From positions 9,617-49,333 of the forward strand of contig MGIR01000002.1 of assembly GCA_001793855.1 (NCBI GenBank): a stretch of 39,717 bases of DNA, in the 5' to 3' direction. This document shows positions 1-10,213 of this stretch, in pieces. The stretch's first letter is position 1; each line of letters starts with the position of its first letter. The DNA comes from Candidatus Wolfebacteria bacterium RIFCSPLOWO2_01_FULL_45_19 (GTDB taxonomy: Bacteria; Patescibacteriota; Minisyncoccia; UBA6257; GWB1-45-9). The position numbers and the translations under genes were made by a program. The notes beneath the pieces are model-generated. The model was given only the letters and a program-made list of their open reading frames with translations. It was not told where the DNA came from and searched no databases.

Positions 1-1
1 T

Positions 2-1185
2 TACGTCGAAAAAACCAGTGACAACATCGGAGTTGAAACTGCTTTTATCTACGGCGATGACATAGAAACTCAGGAGTTGAGCTTCGCGAACAATATTTAT
101 ACTCCCGAAGGAGGAATGCACTTGACCGGATTTCGTGCGGCGCTCACAAGAACTTTGAACGACTACGCGCGTTCAAATGAATACATAAAAGCCGCGGAGG
201 ATAATCTAACCGGAGACGACGTCCGCGAAGGTCTGACGGCAATCGTTTCAATAAAACTGCGCGAGCCGCAATTTGAAGGTCAAACCAAGGCCAAGCTTGG
301 CAACCCCGAGGCGCGTTCCGCCGTTGAAGCGGTAATCAATGAGTCTCTTAAGGAATTTCTTGAAAAAAACGGTTCCGAGGCGAGAAAAATAATTGAAAAA
401 TGCCTTCTGGCCGCCAAAGCAAGAAAGGCGGCGCGGGCAGCCAAAGAAACGGTTCTCAGAAAAGGCGCGTTAGAGGGTCTGGCTCTGCCGGGAAAGCTGG
501 CCGACTGTTCCAGCCGCCATCCGGAAGAATCGGAATTGTTCATCGTTGAAGGCGATAGCGCCGGCGGCTCGAGCAAACAAGGACGCGACCGCCGAACACA
601 AGCCATTTTGCCGCTTAAAGGAAAAATTCTTAACGTTGAAAAAGCGCGCGTTGACAAGATGCTTGCAAACAAAGAAATACGCTCTTTGGTAATCGCGCTC
701 GGAACCGCTATAGGCGCGGAATTTGACATATCCAAACTTCGCTATCACAAAGTCATAATAATGACCGACGCCGACGTTGACGGCGCCCATATCCGCACTC
801 TGCTTCTCACGCTATTTTATCGCTACTTTCCGCAAATGATTGAAAACGGCCATCTCTACGTCGCCAGCCGCCACTCTATCGCGTGCAAAAAGGCAAAGAA
901 ATGCGTTACGCTTATTCGGACAGCGATAAAGATAAAATTTTAAAAATCCTCAGTGAAGACGGAAAAAACATCAATATCCAACGCTATAAAGGACTTGGAG
1001 AAATGAATCCGGAACAATTGTGGGAAACGACCATGGATCCCGAAAAAAGAACGCTCAAAAAAGTGGCGGTAGAAGACGCGAAAGAGGCAGATCGTTTGTT
1101 TGATATTTTAATGGGCAGCGAAGTTGAACCGCGAAAACATTTTATCCAAGCGCACGCGACAGCGGTAAAAAACCTTGACATCTAA
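2..1185 (+). CDS. gyrB: DNA gyrase subunit B, 3' part (5'-truncated by window; 1-nt frameshift at ~865)
   Basis: [23 protein letters not shown] motifs in 77..943; [21 protein letters not shown] in 883..1185. Restoring one C at gcc[c]ag gives canonical YVAQPPLYRV. Frame is open from base 2. Confidence 0.97.
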
Positions 1186-1218
1186 AAGCTAAAAGCTATA
1201 AACTAAAAGCTGATTTAT

Positions 1219-1479
1219 ATGCCAATATTAAAGTCCGCCAAAAAAGCGCTTAGACAAAACATAAGGCGCCGCGAAAGAAACGTTAAAGGGAAAAAGGCGC
1301 TCGCCGCCGTATTAAAGCAATACAGAAAAATGATTGCCGCGAAAGATATAGAAAAAGCCAAGGCCTACTTACCGAAAGTTTACAAAGCCCTGGACAAAGC
1401 GGCAAATGCAAATCTCATCAAAAAAAACAAGGCAAGCCGCTTAAAATCCCGCCTTTCCGCCAAGACAAAAATCCAGTAA
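1219..1479 (+). CDS. rpsT: 30S ribosomal protein S20
   Basis: MPILKSAKKALRQ...LDKAA...IKKNKASRLKSRL, typical S20. Confidence 0.97.
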   Translation: MPILKSAKKALRQNIRRRERNVKGKKALAAVLKQYRKMIAAKDIEKAKAYLPKVYKALDKAANANLIKKNKASRLKSRLSAKTKIQ

Positions 1480-2193
1480 CGCCATTTCGTAGTCCAGCTT
1501 GCCGGATTTCACCGCAACGTCGTAATCCGCGAACTCCGTCACTCGTTCCCCTTTTTTAGTCATATACGCGGCAAGAATGTTAAATATTTTTCCTCCGTCT
1601 TCTTTTTGCAAGAAAAGCCTCTCCAAAGCCGACAATTTTCCACGCGAGACGGCGCTTACTAACCAAAAAAAGTCCTCCCTCGCTATTTCGCCGGCGTATT
1701 TCCCTCCGGAAAGATGAATTTTTTCAAGTTCATTGACAGCATCCCAGGTATTGCCGGCGCAGACAATGGCTATTTCGCGCAATTTTCCGCTCGGCAAAGC
1801 CACTCCTCGTTCCGTGGCTTCTTTTGCTATAAAATCGTAAAACTTTTCGCCGCGAAGCCCGCCGAAAAACTGAGAAAGCGCCGGTTTTGTTTTTAAAAAT
1901 TCATACTCCCCCGGCGGCTCGTTTGTTTCGTTTAGTAAAAGAGTGGTTGACTTGGAATCAATCTGATTCTTAATCACGTCTTTAAAGCGAACCGCATCTT
2001 CGTATTCAAAAAAATTTTTCAATACCGCGAATTTTACGCTTTCAAACATCGACTGGCTGGACATGAATTTTTCAAATTCGCCAGTGGCGCTTTCTTCAAC
2101 AAAATCAAACTGACTAACCAGGTGGCCATTCGTAAGTTCTTTCACTTTTTTGCGGCGCCGATAAGAATCCGGCCCGTATAAAAATATGATCAT
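1441..2193 (-). CDS. holA: DNA polymerase III delta subunit (short form)
   Basis: Starts MIIFLYGPDSYR (ATG at 2193 overlaps upstream TGA); NELEKI; D.AVKSGKLD C-terminus. Confidence 0.85.
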   Translation of the reverse strand: MIIFLYGPDSYRRRKKVKELTNGHLVSQFDFVEESATGEFEKFMSSQSMFESVKFAVLKNFFEYEDAVRFKDVIKNQIDSKSTTLLLNETNEPPGEYEFLKTKPALSQFFGGLRGEKFYDFIAKEATERGVALPSGKLREIAIVCAGNTWDAVNELEKIHLSGGKYAGEIAREDFFWLVSAVSRGKLSALERLFLQKEDGGKIFNILAAYMTKKGERVTEFADYDVAVKSGKLDYEMALLDFCLGGKAGF

Positions 2194-3527
2194 TCTTCTC
2201 CAAAAGTAGCAATTTCTTGCTGTGGAATCAACGACGAATCCGTGGGCAGAGTGAAATAAACAGTCGTGCCGCGATTCAGCTCGGATTCCGCCCAAATCTC
2301 GCCGCCGTGCCTTTGAATGATATTTTTTACTATATAAAGCCCCAATCCGGTTCCTTCAGTTTCAAACTTTACCACATTTTCTCCCCGGAAAAATTTCTTA
2401 AAAAGATTTTGAATTTGATCCGGCGGGATGCCAATTCCGGTATCTTTTACGCTTATCTGAATTAGTGGTTTGTCCGTTAATTTCTCTATTTTTACTACAA
2501 TCTGGCCGTTTTCAACGTTATATTTTATAGCATTGTCCAAAATATTAGACATCGCCATTCCCATACGCGCCGGGTCAAAACGCAACGTTATTGATTTCTC
2601 CCGCGGCCGCTCAAAAAATAACTCAACCTTGCGTCGCTCCGCTTCCTTAGCGGCGTCAGTCAAAACTTTTTCCATAAAAACCGTTATGTCGGCATTCTCA
2701 AAATTATATCCATATCTGCCTTCTTCAATTTTGGAAACGTCAAGAAGATCGCTTACCATTCCCTCAAGTTTGTTAGCCGCGGTCAGTCCGGTAGTCGCCA
2801 TTTCTTTGTCTTCCTGACTTATAGCGCCATTTTGGGAAAGCGCCTCCAGCGACCACTTGATCGCCGTGATTGGCGTGCGCAATTGATGTGCCGCTATGGT
2901 TATAAATTCGCTTTTTGAACGCAAAAGTCCGGCTTCACGCGTCCGGTCATGTACTAATTTTAAAAATCCAAGAGGCATATCGCGCTCGCCGCTAAGCTTT
3001 ACGGTAAAAACGCGAAGCTCAAGGCGCGGCTCGTCAAAAGATAGATCAATTATCTGCGAATCGGCGCCCGGCTCTGAGCGCGTAATCATTTTTGACGCGA
3101 GCGACGGATAAATCACTTGCGCCAAAAGATTCAGCTTCGGATCCCGCGCCTTGTCCGGTGTCATAATTTGTCCCAAAATCTCGGAAGCGCGCAAACCAAA
3201 AATTCTTTCGGCGGTTTTATTGAATACCCCTATCTTGAATTCGTAGTCATAAAAAATCGCGCCGGAATTCAAATTTTGTATTATACTGTCAAACTGTTTA
3301 TGCTCGGTTTTAATTTCAAGATTTGATTTCGCAAGTTGAAGATTGTTAACCAAAACAACAATCGCGAGGGTCAGAAAAAAAAGTACGCTCGAGGTCCTGA
3401 AAAACGCCGGCAAATAAGTAAGCGCGGCAAAAAACCCCAAAAACAAAAGGGGTAAAAAAATCCAAAAAAGCCGCATTTCCGGCAGTTTACTGTACAAAAC
3501 GATTTTTCTCCACAATCTTTTGGTCAT
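2190..3527 (-). CDS. Membrane sensor histidine kinase (2 TM, PAS, HisKA, HATPase_c)
   Basis: H-box AAHQLRTP, N-box NILDNAIKY, G1 DTGIGI, G2 GTGLGLYI; no response regulator in window. Confidence 0.93.
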   Translation of the reverse strand: MTKRLWRKIVLYSKLPEMRLFWIFLPLLFLGFFAALTYLPAFFRTSSVLFFLTLAIVVLVNNLQLAKSNLEIKTEHKQFDSIIQNLNSGAIFYDYEFKIGVFNKTAERIFGLRASEILGQIMTPDKARDPKLNLLAQVIYPSLASKMITRSEPGADSQIIDLSFDEPRLELRVFTVKLSGERDMPLGFLKLVHDRTREAGLLRSKSEFITIAAHQLRTPITAIKWSLEALSQNGAISQEDKEMATTGLTAANKLEGMVSDLLDVSKIEEGRYGYNFENADITVFMEKVLTDAAKEAERRKVELFFERPREKSITLRFDPARMGMAMSNILDNAIKYNVENGQIVVKIEKLTDKPLIQISVKDTGIGIPPDQIQNLFKKFFRGENVVKFETEGTGLGLYIVKNIIQRHGGEIWAESELNRGTTVYFTLPTDSSLIPQQEIATFGEE

Positions 3528-3537
3528 TGGTTATTGG

Positions 3538-5991
3538 TCATTTTCCCATCTCTCCCCAGCGTTTGCCAACCGCGACGTCAACTTTTAATGGAACAGAAAA
3601 TTTATAAATCGACTCCATTATATCACGTATGAGCGGAATCGCTTCTTTAATAATATCATCGCTTATTTCAAACAACAATTCGTCATGGATCGTTAAAAGC
3701 ATGCGCACGCTTTCATCGCGCCATTTTCTCAAGCCCAGCTCTTTATACAACTTTATCATCGCCAGCTTCATTATATCCGCGTCCAAACTTTGCACCGGCA
3801 TATTTATCGCGATTCTCTCTCCTTCCGCCGCAACACCGCGATTGGCGGACACGGCGCCGAATAGCCACCTGCGGCGGCCGTTTGGATTTTTAACGAATCC
3901 GAAAGTTCTTGCTTCTTCTTTTACTTTCTCCTGCCAATTCTTGACCGCCGGGAACTTTTCAAAATACTCGTCTATGAATCGCCTGGCATCTTCACGGCTC
4001 AAGCCGCTTGTTTCCGAGAACGAAACAGCGCCCATGCCGTATATAATTCCAAAATTAAGCGTCTTTGCCGCGCGGCGCATTTCCGCGGTTACTTTTTCCG
4101 GAGGTACATTAAAAATACCGGCGGCGGTCGCGGTATGAATATCTTCTCCGCGCTTGAATACTTCAAGCATCCGTTCATCGCCGGAAAGCGAAGCAAGAAT
4201 TCTAAGCTCTATTTGTGAATAATCAAAAGACACGAAGGAAAAGCCATTGTCCGCGACAAACGCATTTCTTAGTTTAACGGCCCACTCCGAGCCAATAGGA
4301 ATATTTTGAAGGTTCGGTTCTTGCGAGCTGAGCCGCCCGGTCGCGGTGCCGGTTTGAACATAGGTAGTGCGAATCCGCCCGTCGTCTCCGACAAGGCGAA
4401 TTAGCGGCTCTATGTACGTTGACCTCAGTTTAAAAAACTCGCGATATTTCAAGATTAAAGAAATGATCGGATGCGCTTCTTTAAGCGTTTCAAGATTTTC
4501 AAACGCGGTGGAAAGATTGCCTTTCTTCGTTTTTTTAATTCCTTTCACGCCGATGCCCATTTTTTTAAAAAGAACTTCGCCAAGCTGCTGGGGAGAATTC
4601 AAATTGAATTTTAAACCGGCTACCTTATAAACTCCGTCTTCCAATTCACGGATTTTGACCTCGGTTTCGCGGCTTAACTTTTTTAGATATTCAACGTCAA
4701 TTCCAATTCCGCGAAGCTCCATTTCCGAAAGAACGTCAATAAACGGCATCTCCATATTTTCAAAGATATTTTCCAGTTCATATTCTTTGAGTTTTTTTCG
4801 CGCGGACGAATAGAGAAGCGGCCAATCGCCGCGTTTTGATAAATTTTCCACGTCGTATTTTTTTAAATCCGGGTCAATCAGCCAGTAGGCGATGCCGAGA
4901 TCAAAATACGGAGGGCTGAAATTTCTTTCCTGAGATTTGAATGCCTTGAGAATGCTTTTTATACCAAAACCGATTTTAAGCGCGTCTTTGCTCTCGGTCA
5001 CGCTTTTTTCCGTTTTAAGCGCCGCATCCGCGTCTTTAAAAAACACCGCATTTCCGGGAATATCCGTCGCAATCCGTCCCGTATCCGTCGCCATCTGTGG
5101 TTTATCATCAACTCGCTTTACCAGCGTCTTAAATCCCAACTCCTGAAAATATTCGCGCAATTTTACAGAATCGGGTTTTATCCAGCTAAACTCTTTAAGC
5201 GGTCCAAGTTCTATGGGAATGTCGCGTTTTATTACCGCGAGGTCACGCGATTGAAGAGCTTGTTTTTCAAATTCAAGAAGTTTTTTATATAATTTTTCTT
5301 CTCTTGATGACGACACCGGGTCAAATTTCATTTTTTTAGCTTTGCCGTAAAAATTTTCAAGCGTATCGTATGTCTTAATTATTGGCAATGCCGTTTTGGG
5401 TCCCACGCCCGGAACGCCGGGTATGTTATCGGACGCGTCTCCGACCAGTCCTTTATAGTCCGAGAGCTGTCCGGGTTTTAGCCCGTAACGTTCTTCAACT
5501 CCTTTTTCGTCGTACAAAATAGTTTCACTAACACCCTTAAGGAAAGTCCTAACAAAGACATTCTCGTCAATCAACTGCAGATTATCCAAATCGCCGGATA
5601 AAATTATTATTCTTAAATCATCTTCTCGCTTAAATTTTTCCGCGAGCGTTCCTATTATGTCGTCAGCCTCAAACCCCGCCAAATTAAGCGTCCTTATGTT
5701 AAAAACATCGAAGAATTCATACGATTTTTTTATTTGAGAAATCAATTCTACCGGAGTTGGCGGACGATGCGCCTTGTATTCCTTAAACATCTCCGCCCTA
5801 AAAGTTTTTTCTTTGCGGTCAAAAGCGGCAACGGCGTAATCCGGAGGATCTTCGCGCGATATTTTTAAAAACACGCTGGCCAAACCATACACGGCCTGAA
5901 TAGGTTCTCCTTTCGGAGTCGTCAGTTCCGGCAAGGCATGGAAGCAACGATGAATTATGGAATTTGCGTCTATTAAAAGAAATGTCTTCAT
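3538..5991 (-). CDS. polA: DNA polymerase I (5'-3' exonuclease + polymerase; 3'-5' exonuclease region reduced)
   Basis: LLIDANS, EADDIIG, GDASDNIPGVPGVGPKTA, TGRLSSQEPNLQNIP, DYSQIELR, AKTLNFGIIYG, IHDEL. Confidence 0.97.
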   Translation of the reverse strand: MKTFLLIDANSIIHRCFHALPELTTPKGEPIQAVYGLASVFLKISREDPPDYAVAAFDRKEKTFRAEMFKEYKAHRPPTPVELISQIKKSYEFFDVFNIRTLNLAGFEADDIIGTLAEKFKREDDLRIIILSGDLDNLQLIDENVFVRTFLKGVSETILYDEKGVEERYGLKPGQLSDYKGLVGDASDNIPGVPGVGPKTALPIIKTYDTLENFYGKAKKMKFDPVSSSREEKLYKKLLEFEKQALQSRDLAVIKRDIPIELGPLKEFSWIKPDSVKLREYFQELGFKTLVKRVDDKPQMATDTGRIATDIPGNAVFFKDADAALKTEKSVTESKDALKIGFGIKSILKAFKSQERNFSPPYFDLGIAYWLIDPDLKKYDVENLSKRGDWPLLYSSARKKLKEYELENIFENMEMPFIDVLSEMELRGIGIDVEYLKKLSRETEVKIRELEDGVYKVAGLKFNLNSPQQLGEVLFKKMGIGVKGIKKTKKGNLSTAFENLETLKEAHPIISLILKYREFFKLRSTYIEPLIRLVGDDGRIRTTYVQTGTATGRLSSQEPNLQNIPIGSEWAVKLRNAFVADNGFSFVSFDYSQIELRILASLSGDERMLEVFKRGEDIHTATAAGIFNVPPEKVTAEMRRAAKTLNFGIIYGMGAVSFSETSGLSREDARRFIDEYFEKFPAVKNWQEKVKEEARTFGFVKNPNGRRRWLFGAVSANRGVAAEGERIAINMPVQSLDADIMKLAMIKLYKELGLRKWRDESVRMLLTIHDELLFEISDDIIKEAIPLIRDIMESIYKFSVPLKVDVAVGKRWGEMGK

Positions 5992-6440
5992 TTTACACTT
6001 ATAATTCTCTCGTCACTCTTTGCGCCGTGCCCGAACTTTATCCAGACGGCATTTTTAGGTATAATTTTTTTAATCTTATCCGCCCATTCTATTAAAACAA
6101 TGTTTTGCGGGTCGGAGAGGATTTCTCTAAATCCCAAAGCAGGCAATTCCCCCGAATTGTTCAACCGATAAGCGTCAATGTGAAATAGAATCTGGAATCT
6201 GGAATTTGGAATTTGGAATTTTCTCATTATAAGGAACGTCGGACTGGTGACGCGACTGCTGATACCGCAGGCCTTAATAAAGCCCTGTACGAAGGTCGTC
6301 TTGCCCGCCCCAAGTTCACCCTCGAGCGCTATAACAACAGCTCTCTTTTCGGGCCTGGTTCTCAAAACCTCCCGAGCGAGCATTGCCGCAAGCAGTTTTG
6401 TGGTTTTGGAGGAAAAACTGCTACAAAAGCTTCGCTTCAT
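5988..6440 (-). CDS. tsaE: tRNA t6A biosynthesis ATPase TsaE
   Basis: GELGAGKTTF, VTSPTF, HIDAYRL, LIEWAD. Confidence 0.95.
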   Translation of the reverse strand: MKRSFCSSFSSKTTKLLAAMLAREVLRTRPEKRAVVIALEGELGAGKTTFVQGFIKACGISSRVTSPTFLIMRKFQIPNSRFQILFHIDAYRLNNSGELPALGFREILSDPQNIVLIEWADKIKKIIPKNAVWIKFGHGAKSDERIISVK

Positions 6441-7407
6441 TTTTTAATCCAAGATGCTCATAAGCCGCCGGCGTAATAACGCGCCCCGCGGAAGTGCGGT
6501 TTAAAAAACCAAGTTTCATCAAATATGGTTCGTAAATGTCCTCAAGAACCCGCCGGTCTTCGTTCAACGCCGCGGCCAAAGTATTTACGCCAACCGGACC
6601 GCCGTTAAATTTTTCAATAACGATTCTTAAAAAACGCTTATCGTGCGGTTCGAGTCCCATATCGTCAATTTCCAAAACTTCAAGCGTTTTTCCTGCCGCG
6701 TCTCCGTCAATTTTTTTCAGATTGTTAACCTCGCAGAAATCGCGGCAACGCTTCAGAAGGCGGTTTGCTACCCGCGGCGTGGCGCGCGACGCCTTCGCGA
6801 GAATGCTTACGGCCTCCGACTCTATCGCTAGTTTCAATAACTTCGCGGAGCGCTTTATTATATTTTCAATGTCTTTTTGTTCGTAATAATCCAGCTGGAA
6901 AATTCCCCCAAATCTTGAACGTAGCGGCGCCGAAAGCAAGTCCGCTCTGGTGGTGGCTGCAACGAGCGTAAAGGGCGGGAGATCAACCGAGAACGTTTTG
7001 GTTGTTGGGCCCTTCCCTATTATTATGTGAAGCTTCCTGCTTTCCATTGCCGGATAAAGCACTTCTTCAATCATCCGATTAAGCCGATGCGCTTCGTCAA
7101 TGAAAAAAATGTCGCCGCGCTCAAGATTGCTCAGGATTGACGCGAGGTCAGCCATCTTTTCCATCGCGGGGCCAGAGGTAACTTTCAAGTTCGCGTTCAT
7201 TTCTTTCGCCACCATATGCGCGAGAGTCGTTTTGCCTAGACCGGCCTGTCCGTAAAATAAAAGATGGTCGGATGGTTCTTTTCTTTTTTTCGCCGCGTCA
7301 AGAATTATTTTTAGATGCTTCTTGATTTTTTCCTGACCTATGTATTCGTCCCAATTTGCCGGACGAAGCAGGGAATCAAGGCTATCATCGTGTTGTTTGA
7401 CAAACAT
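6421..7407 (-). CDS. ruvB: Holliday junction helicase RuvB
   Basis: LRP..W.EYIGQ, GLGKTTLA, DEAHRL, PLRSRFG, TPRVANRLLKR, GGPVG, EPYL. Confidence 0.97.
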   Translation of the reverse strand: MFVKQHDDSLDSLLRPANWDEYIGQEKIKKHLKIILDAAKKRKEPSDHLLFYGQAGLGKTTLAHMVAKEMNANLKVTSGPAMEKMADLASILSNLERGDIFFIDEAHRLNRMIEEVLYPAMESRKLHIIIGKGPTTKTFSVDLPPFTLVAATTRADLLSAPLRSRFGGIFQLDYYEQKDIENIIKRSAKLLKLAIESEAVSILAKASRATPRVANRLLKRCRDFCEVNNLKKIDGDAAGKTLEVLEIDDMGLEPHDKRFLRIVIEKFNGGPVGVNTLAAALNEDRRVLEDIYEPYLMKLGFLNRTSAGRVITPAAYEHLGLKNEAKLL

Positions 7408-7425
7408 ATTAATTTATGCTATATT
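7397..7425 (+). promoter_or_regulatory. sigma70-type promoter pointing into the ruvB-pilB intergenic structure
   Basis: TTGACA 7397-7402, 17 nt spacer, TG-n-TATATT 7417-7425. Confidence 0.55.
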
Positions 7426-7434
7426 ACCGATTGT

Positions 7435-7631
7435 AAAAAGTCATAGACCTGTGGGTACGGAATGGCTTTTAGCCCTCGGATGACTTGGTTGCGGCTGGGT
7501 CACTCCTCAAAACCATTCTAATCTCTTCTGAATTTTATTCAAAAGAGAACTTATCGTCCCGCCCTTTTGGCAAAGAATATAATTACTCTGAACCAAAAGG
7601 GCGGGATGATACCCACAGATCTATGATTTTT
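7435..7631 (+). ncRNA. Candidate ~200-nt structured RNA/element of unknown class
   Basis: ~22-bp closing stem 7435-7457/7610-7631 enclosing three hairpins (7459-7519, 7522-7548, 7554-7609); G-U pairs favour + strand; promoter upstream. Confidence 0.5.
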
Positions 7632-9289
7632 CCGGTTACTCTCTCTACCTCCTTAAAATCTGTGATTCCGCTCAGAACTTTCAAAATGCCGTCGGCCTGC
7701 ATAGTAACCATTCCTCGTTTATCAGCTACTCTTTTTATCGCGGCCTCGGTGGCTTCTTTATAAACAAGCTCCTCAAGCTCTTTGTCCACTTCAAGAAGCT
7801 CAAACACCCCTATGCGACCTTTGTATCCCATATCTCCGCACCTATCACATCCGACGGCTTCATAGATTGTCGCTTTTTCGTATTGCCGCCCATCAACGCG
7901 AGGAGGCATCTTGGACAAAAACGTTGAGACTTTTTTCTGAAAAGCCGCGTCCATCTTCACAGGCTTCTTGCACTCGTCGCACAAACGGCGGAGAAGACGC
8001 TGGGCAATCACAAGATTCAATGCCGGACCTATAATTGACGGCCTTACGCCCAGATCCACCAAGCGAGGAATCGCGCCGACCGCGTCATTGGTATGCAATG
8101 TCGAAAAAACAAGATGACCAGTAAGTGCTGCGTGCATCGCTATTTCCGCGGTCTCTAAATCACGGACTTCTCCGACCAAAATAACATCCGGGTCCTGGCG
8201 CAAAATAGAACGAAGTCCGTTTACGAAAGAATAACCGGCCGCGGGGTCAACCTGCGTCTGCTCAATGCCTTCAAGATGATATTCTATCGGGTCTTCAATG
8301 GTTATAACTTTTATTTCGGGCTTATTCACGGTTCTTAAAAACGCGTACAAAGTAGTGGTTTTTCCGGAACCGGTCTGACCGGTATTGAGAATCATTCCGT
8401 TTGGTTTTGAAAATTCTCGTTTCGCGATTTCCAAATCGTCATTTCTCAAACCCAAATCCACGAGCGTGAGTTGTATAGCCGCCGGATCAAGAACGCGCAT
8501 CACGACGGTTTCGCCATATTCAGACGGAATCACGGAGGTCCGTATTTCTATTTCGTTTTCGTCGGCTCTTATAGTGAAACGTCCGTCTTGAGCCTCAGTC
8601 ACGACGTTTAATTTCAATTTGGACAAAAGCTTCACTCGAGAAAGGAGAAAGCCGTACTCTTGCGAATCCAAATTAAATATATCGTGCAAAACGCCGTCAA
8701 CGCGAAGGCGAAACTTGACGTGATCAGTTTCCGCTTCAAAATGTATGTCTGACGCGCGGCTGGATAAAGCTCCGGCTAAAATTGTTTCAAAGAGTTCGGC
8801 GGTGGAGCGTTTTTTGTAATCAAATTTCTCAAGCTCTTTTTTTAGAGCGGCGAGTCCCTTTATCTTTTTTCTCAGTTCTTCCAATTCCTTTTTTTCTATG
8901 TCCACTCTTCCAGTAATTTCAGTCTCTTTTTTCGGCACAAATTTATAAAAACTCCAAACATGCTTCAGGCCGCTCAAAGAGCCGACAAAAAGTTTTATTT
9001 TAAAATTTTGCCGTTCCAGTTTTTTCAAAATCGCTTTTGTTTCTTTTTTGTCCGGATCAACGACCGCAACCGCGACATTATCCCGTTTGCGTTCAAGCGC
9101 CGCGAACATGGCGTCTTTGGCTCCGGCTTCATCTATCAATCCCAAAGCCACTATCTGAACCGGCGCCTTGGACAAATCGATATACGGCAAACCAAATTTT
9201 TGAGCGATCCTTTGCGCCTCCCGCTCTTCGGCTTCCCGTTTTAGTTTTATCAATTTCTGTTGTAAAAAAGTTTTATTCTCTTGCGCCAT
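7583..9289 (-). CDS. pilB: Type IV pilus assembly / T2SS ATPase (PilB/GspE family)
   Basis: ASDIHFE, QDGRF, GQTGSGKTTT, IEDPIEY, LRQDPDVILVGEVRD, TGHLVFSTLHTN, tetracysteine CDEC/CDRC, GYKGRIG. Confidence 0.92.
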   Translation of the reverse strand: MAQENKTFLQQKLIKLKREAEEREAQRIAQKFGLPYIDLSKAPVQIVALGLIDEAGAKDAMFAALERKRDNVAVAVVDPDKKETKAILKKLERQNFKIKLFVGSLSGLKHVWSFYKFVPKKETEITGRVDIEKKELEELRKKIKGLAALKKELEKFDYKKRSTAELFETILAGALSSRASDIHFEAETDHVKFRLRVDGVLHDIFNLDSQEYGFLLSRVKLLSKLKLNVVTEAQDGRFTIRADENEIEIRTSVIPSEYGETVVMRVLDPAAIQLTLVDLGLRNDDLEIAKREFSKPNGMILNTGQTGSGKTTTLYAFLRTVNKPEIKVITIEDPIEYHLEGIEQTQVDPAAGYSFVNGLRSILRQDPDVILVGEVRDLETAEIAMHAALTGHLVFSTLHTNDAVGAIPRLVDLGVRPSIIGPALNLVIAQRLLRRLCDECKKPVKMDAAFQKKVSTFLSKMPPRVDGRQYEKATIYEAVGCDRCGDMGYKGRIGVFELLEVDKELEELVYKEATEAAIKRVADKRGMVTMQADGILKVLSGITDFKEVERVTGKIIDLWVSSRPFGSE

Positions 9290-9346
9290 TATAACTTTAA
9301 GTTAACTTGAAAAGTCCATAATTACAAGCATTTTTATGCTGGAATT

Positions 9347-9405
9347 AACTCCCACACCTATGCATAGGTGTGGGAGTTGACAAAATAAATCGAAGGATTT
9401 ATAAT
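9347..9405 (+). promoter_or_regulatory. Perfect 32-bp palindrome fused to a consensus sigma70 promoter
   Basis: AACTCCCACACCTATG|CATAGGTGTGGGAGTT 9347-9378; TTGACA 9377-9382, 17 nt, TATAAT 9400-9405. Confidence 0.8.
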
Positions 9406-9446
9406 ATAGCTGTTCCTAACCAACTAAAATAGAAAGGAGAAAGATT

Positions 9447-9791
9447 GTGAGGCGCGAATTATCCTCCAGGGAAAAGACCGAAACGGCAGAATTGGCTCAA
9501 GGGGCGATTTTTAAACCACACGCACTTGAGCGGTTAGTGGAAAGAATGAAATACCTCAATAACGGGGTAGTACCGAAAGACCCCGAAAAGACGGCTCGCA
9601 AAATCCTCGCTAGCGCGACGGAAGACGGCGCCATTTCCCCGATTGGAAAAATTAAACGCCTTCTCAGCCACAAGAGGGGCGGCAGATTGGAGGAGGCTCG
9701 TTATTTTATTAACGAAAACATCCGGTTCGTTGTTGTCAAAAGAGGCGAACAAAATATTGTAGTGACCATTGAGATTGCCTACTTCAAGTAG
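9447..9791 (+). CDS. Hypothetical 114-aa protein, possibly DUF4258/colicin-E5-like small RNase fold
   Basis: SD GAAAGGAG upstream of GTG; HALERLVER and C-terminal FVV...VVTI pattern (fold is inference). Confidence 0.7.
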   Translation: MRRELSSREKTETAELAQGAIFKPHALERLVERMKYLNNGVVPKDPEKTARKILASATEDGAISPIGKIKRLLSHKRGGRLEEARYFINENIRFVVVKRGEQNIVVTIEIAYFK

Positions 9792-9820
9792 GTTATCTCA
9801 CCAACCGAAAGGAGATTGAA

Positions 9821-10192
9821 ATGAGGGTTCTGGTTTTTGTTTTTTTCGCGGCACTGCTTGGGGGATGCGCGGGCTATCCCGTAAACTACCCGCAAGTTCA
9901 GATTCGGTCAAACATACCGTGGCACACAACCACGGTAACCATCGTGAACAATACCAGCTTTGTATTGAACGTCGTTCACGACGGCAGGCTTGTCAGACAA
10001 GACCTGAAGCCCGGCCAGTATTTCACGGCCGAGCTTTACAACTTCTCTACAGCGTCGACGCAATCGTCTTTTGTGGTGATTGCTCGCGATGGCGACAAGC
10101 TCGCAGGAACGGCAAGCCGCTCGTTCTACATTGGCGGCTATAGCCGACAATCCGAGGTTTGGATAATCGGCAAGTGGGAAGTCAGAGATTGA
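9821..10192 (+). CDS. Lipoprotein, beta-rich hypothetical
   Basis: SD GAAAGGAG; signal peptide with lipobox LGGC. Confidence 0.8.
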   Translation: MRVLVFVFFAALLGGCAGYPVNYPQVQIRSNIPWHTTTVTIVNNTSFVLNVVHDGRLVRQDLKPGQYFTAELYNFSTASTQSSFVVIARDGDKLAGTASRSFYIGGYSRQSEVWIIGKWEVRD

Positions 10193-10213
10193 TTTCCCGC
10201 CATCGTTACATTC

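Noticed and set aside
7485-7763. 92-aa + strand ORF behind the 7397 promoter
   Set aside because: TTG start within a hairpin, no SD, mostly antisense to pilB.
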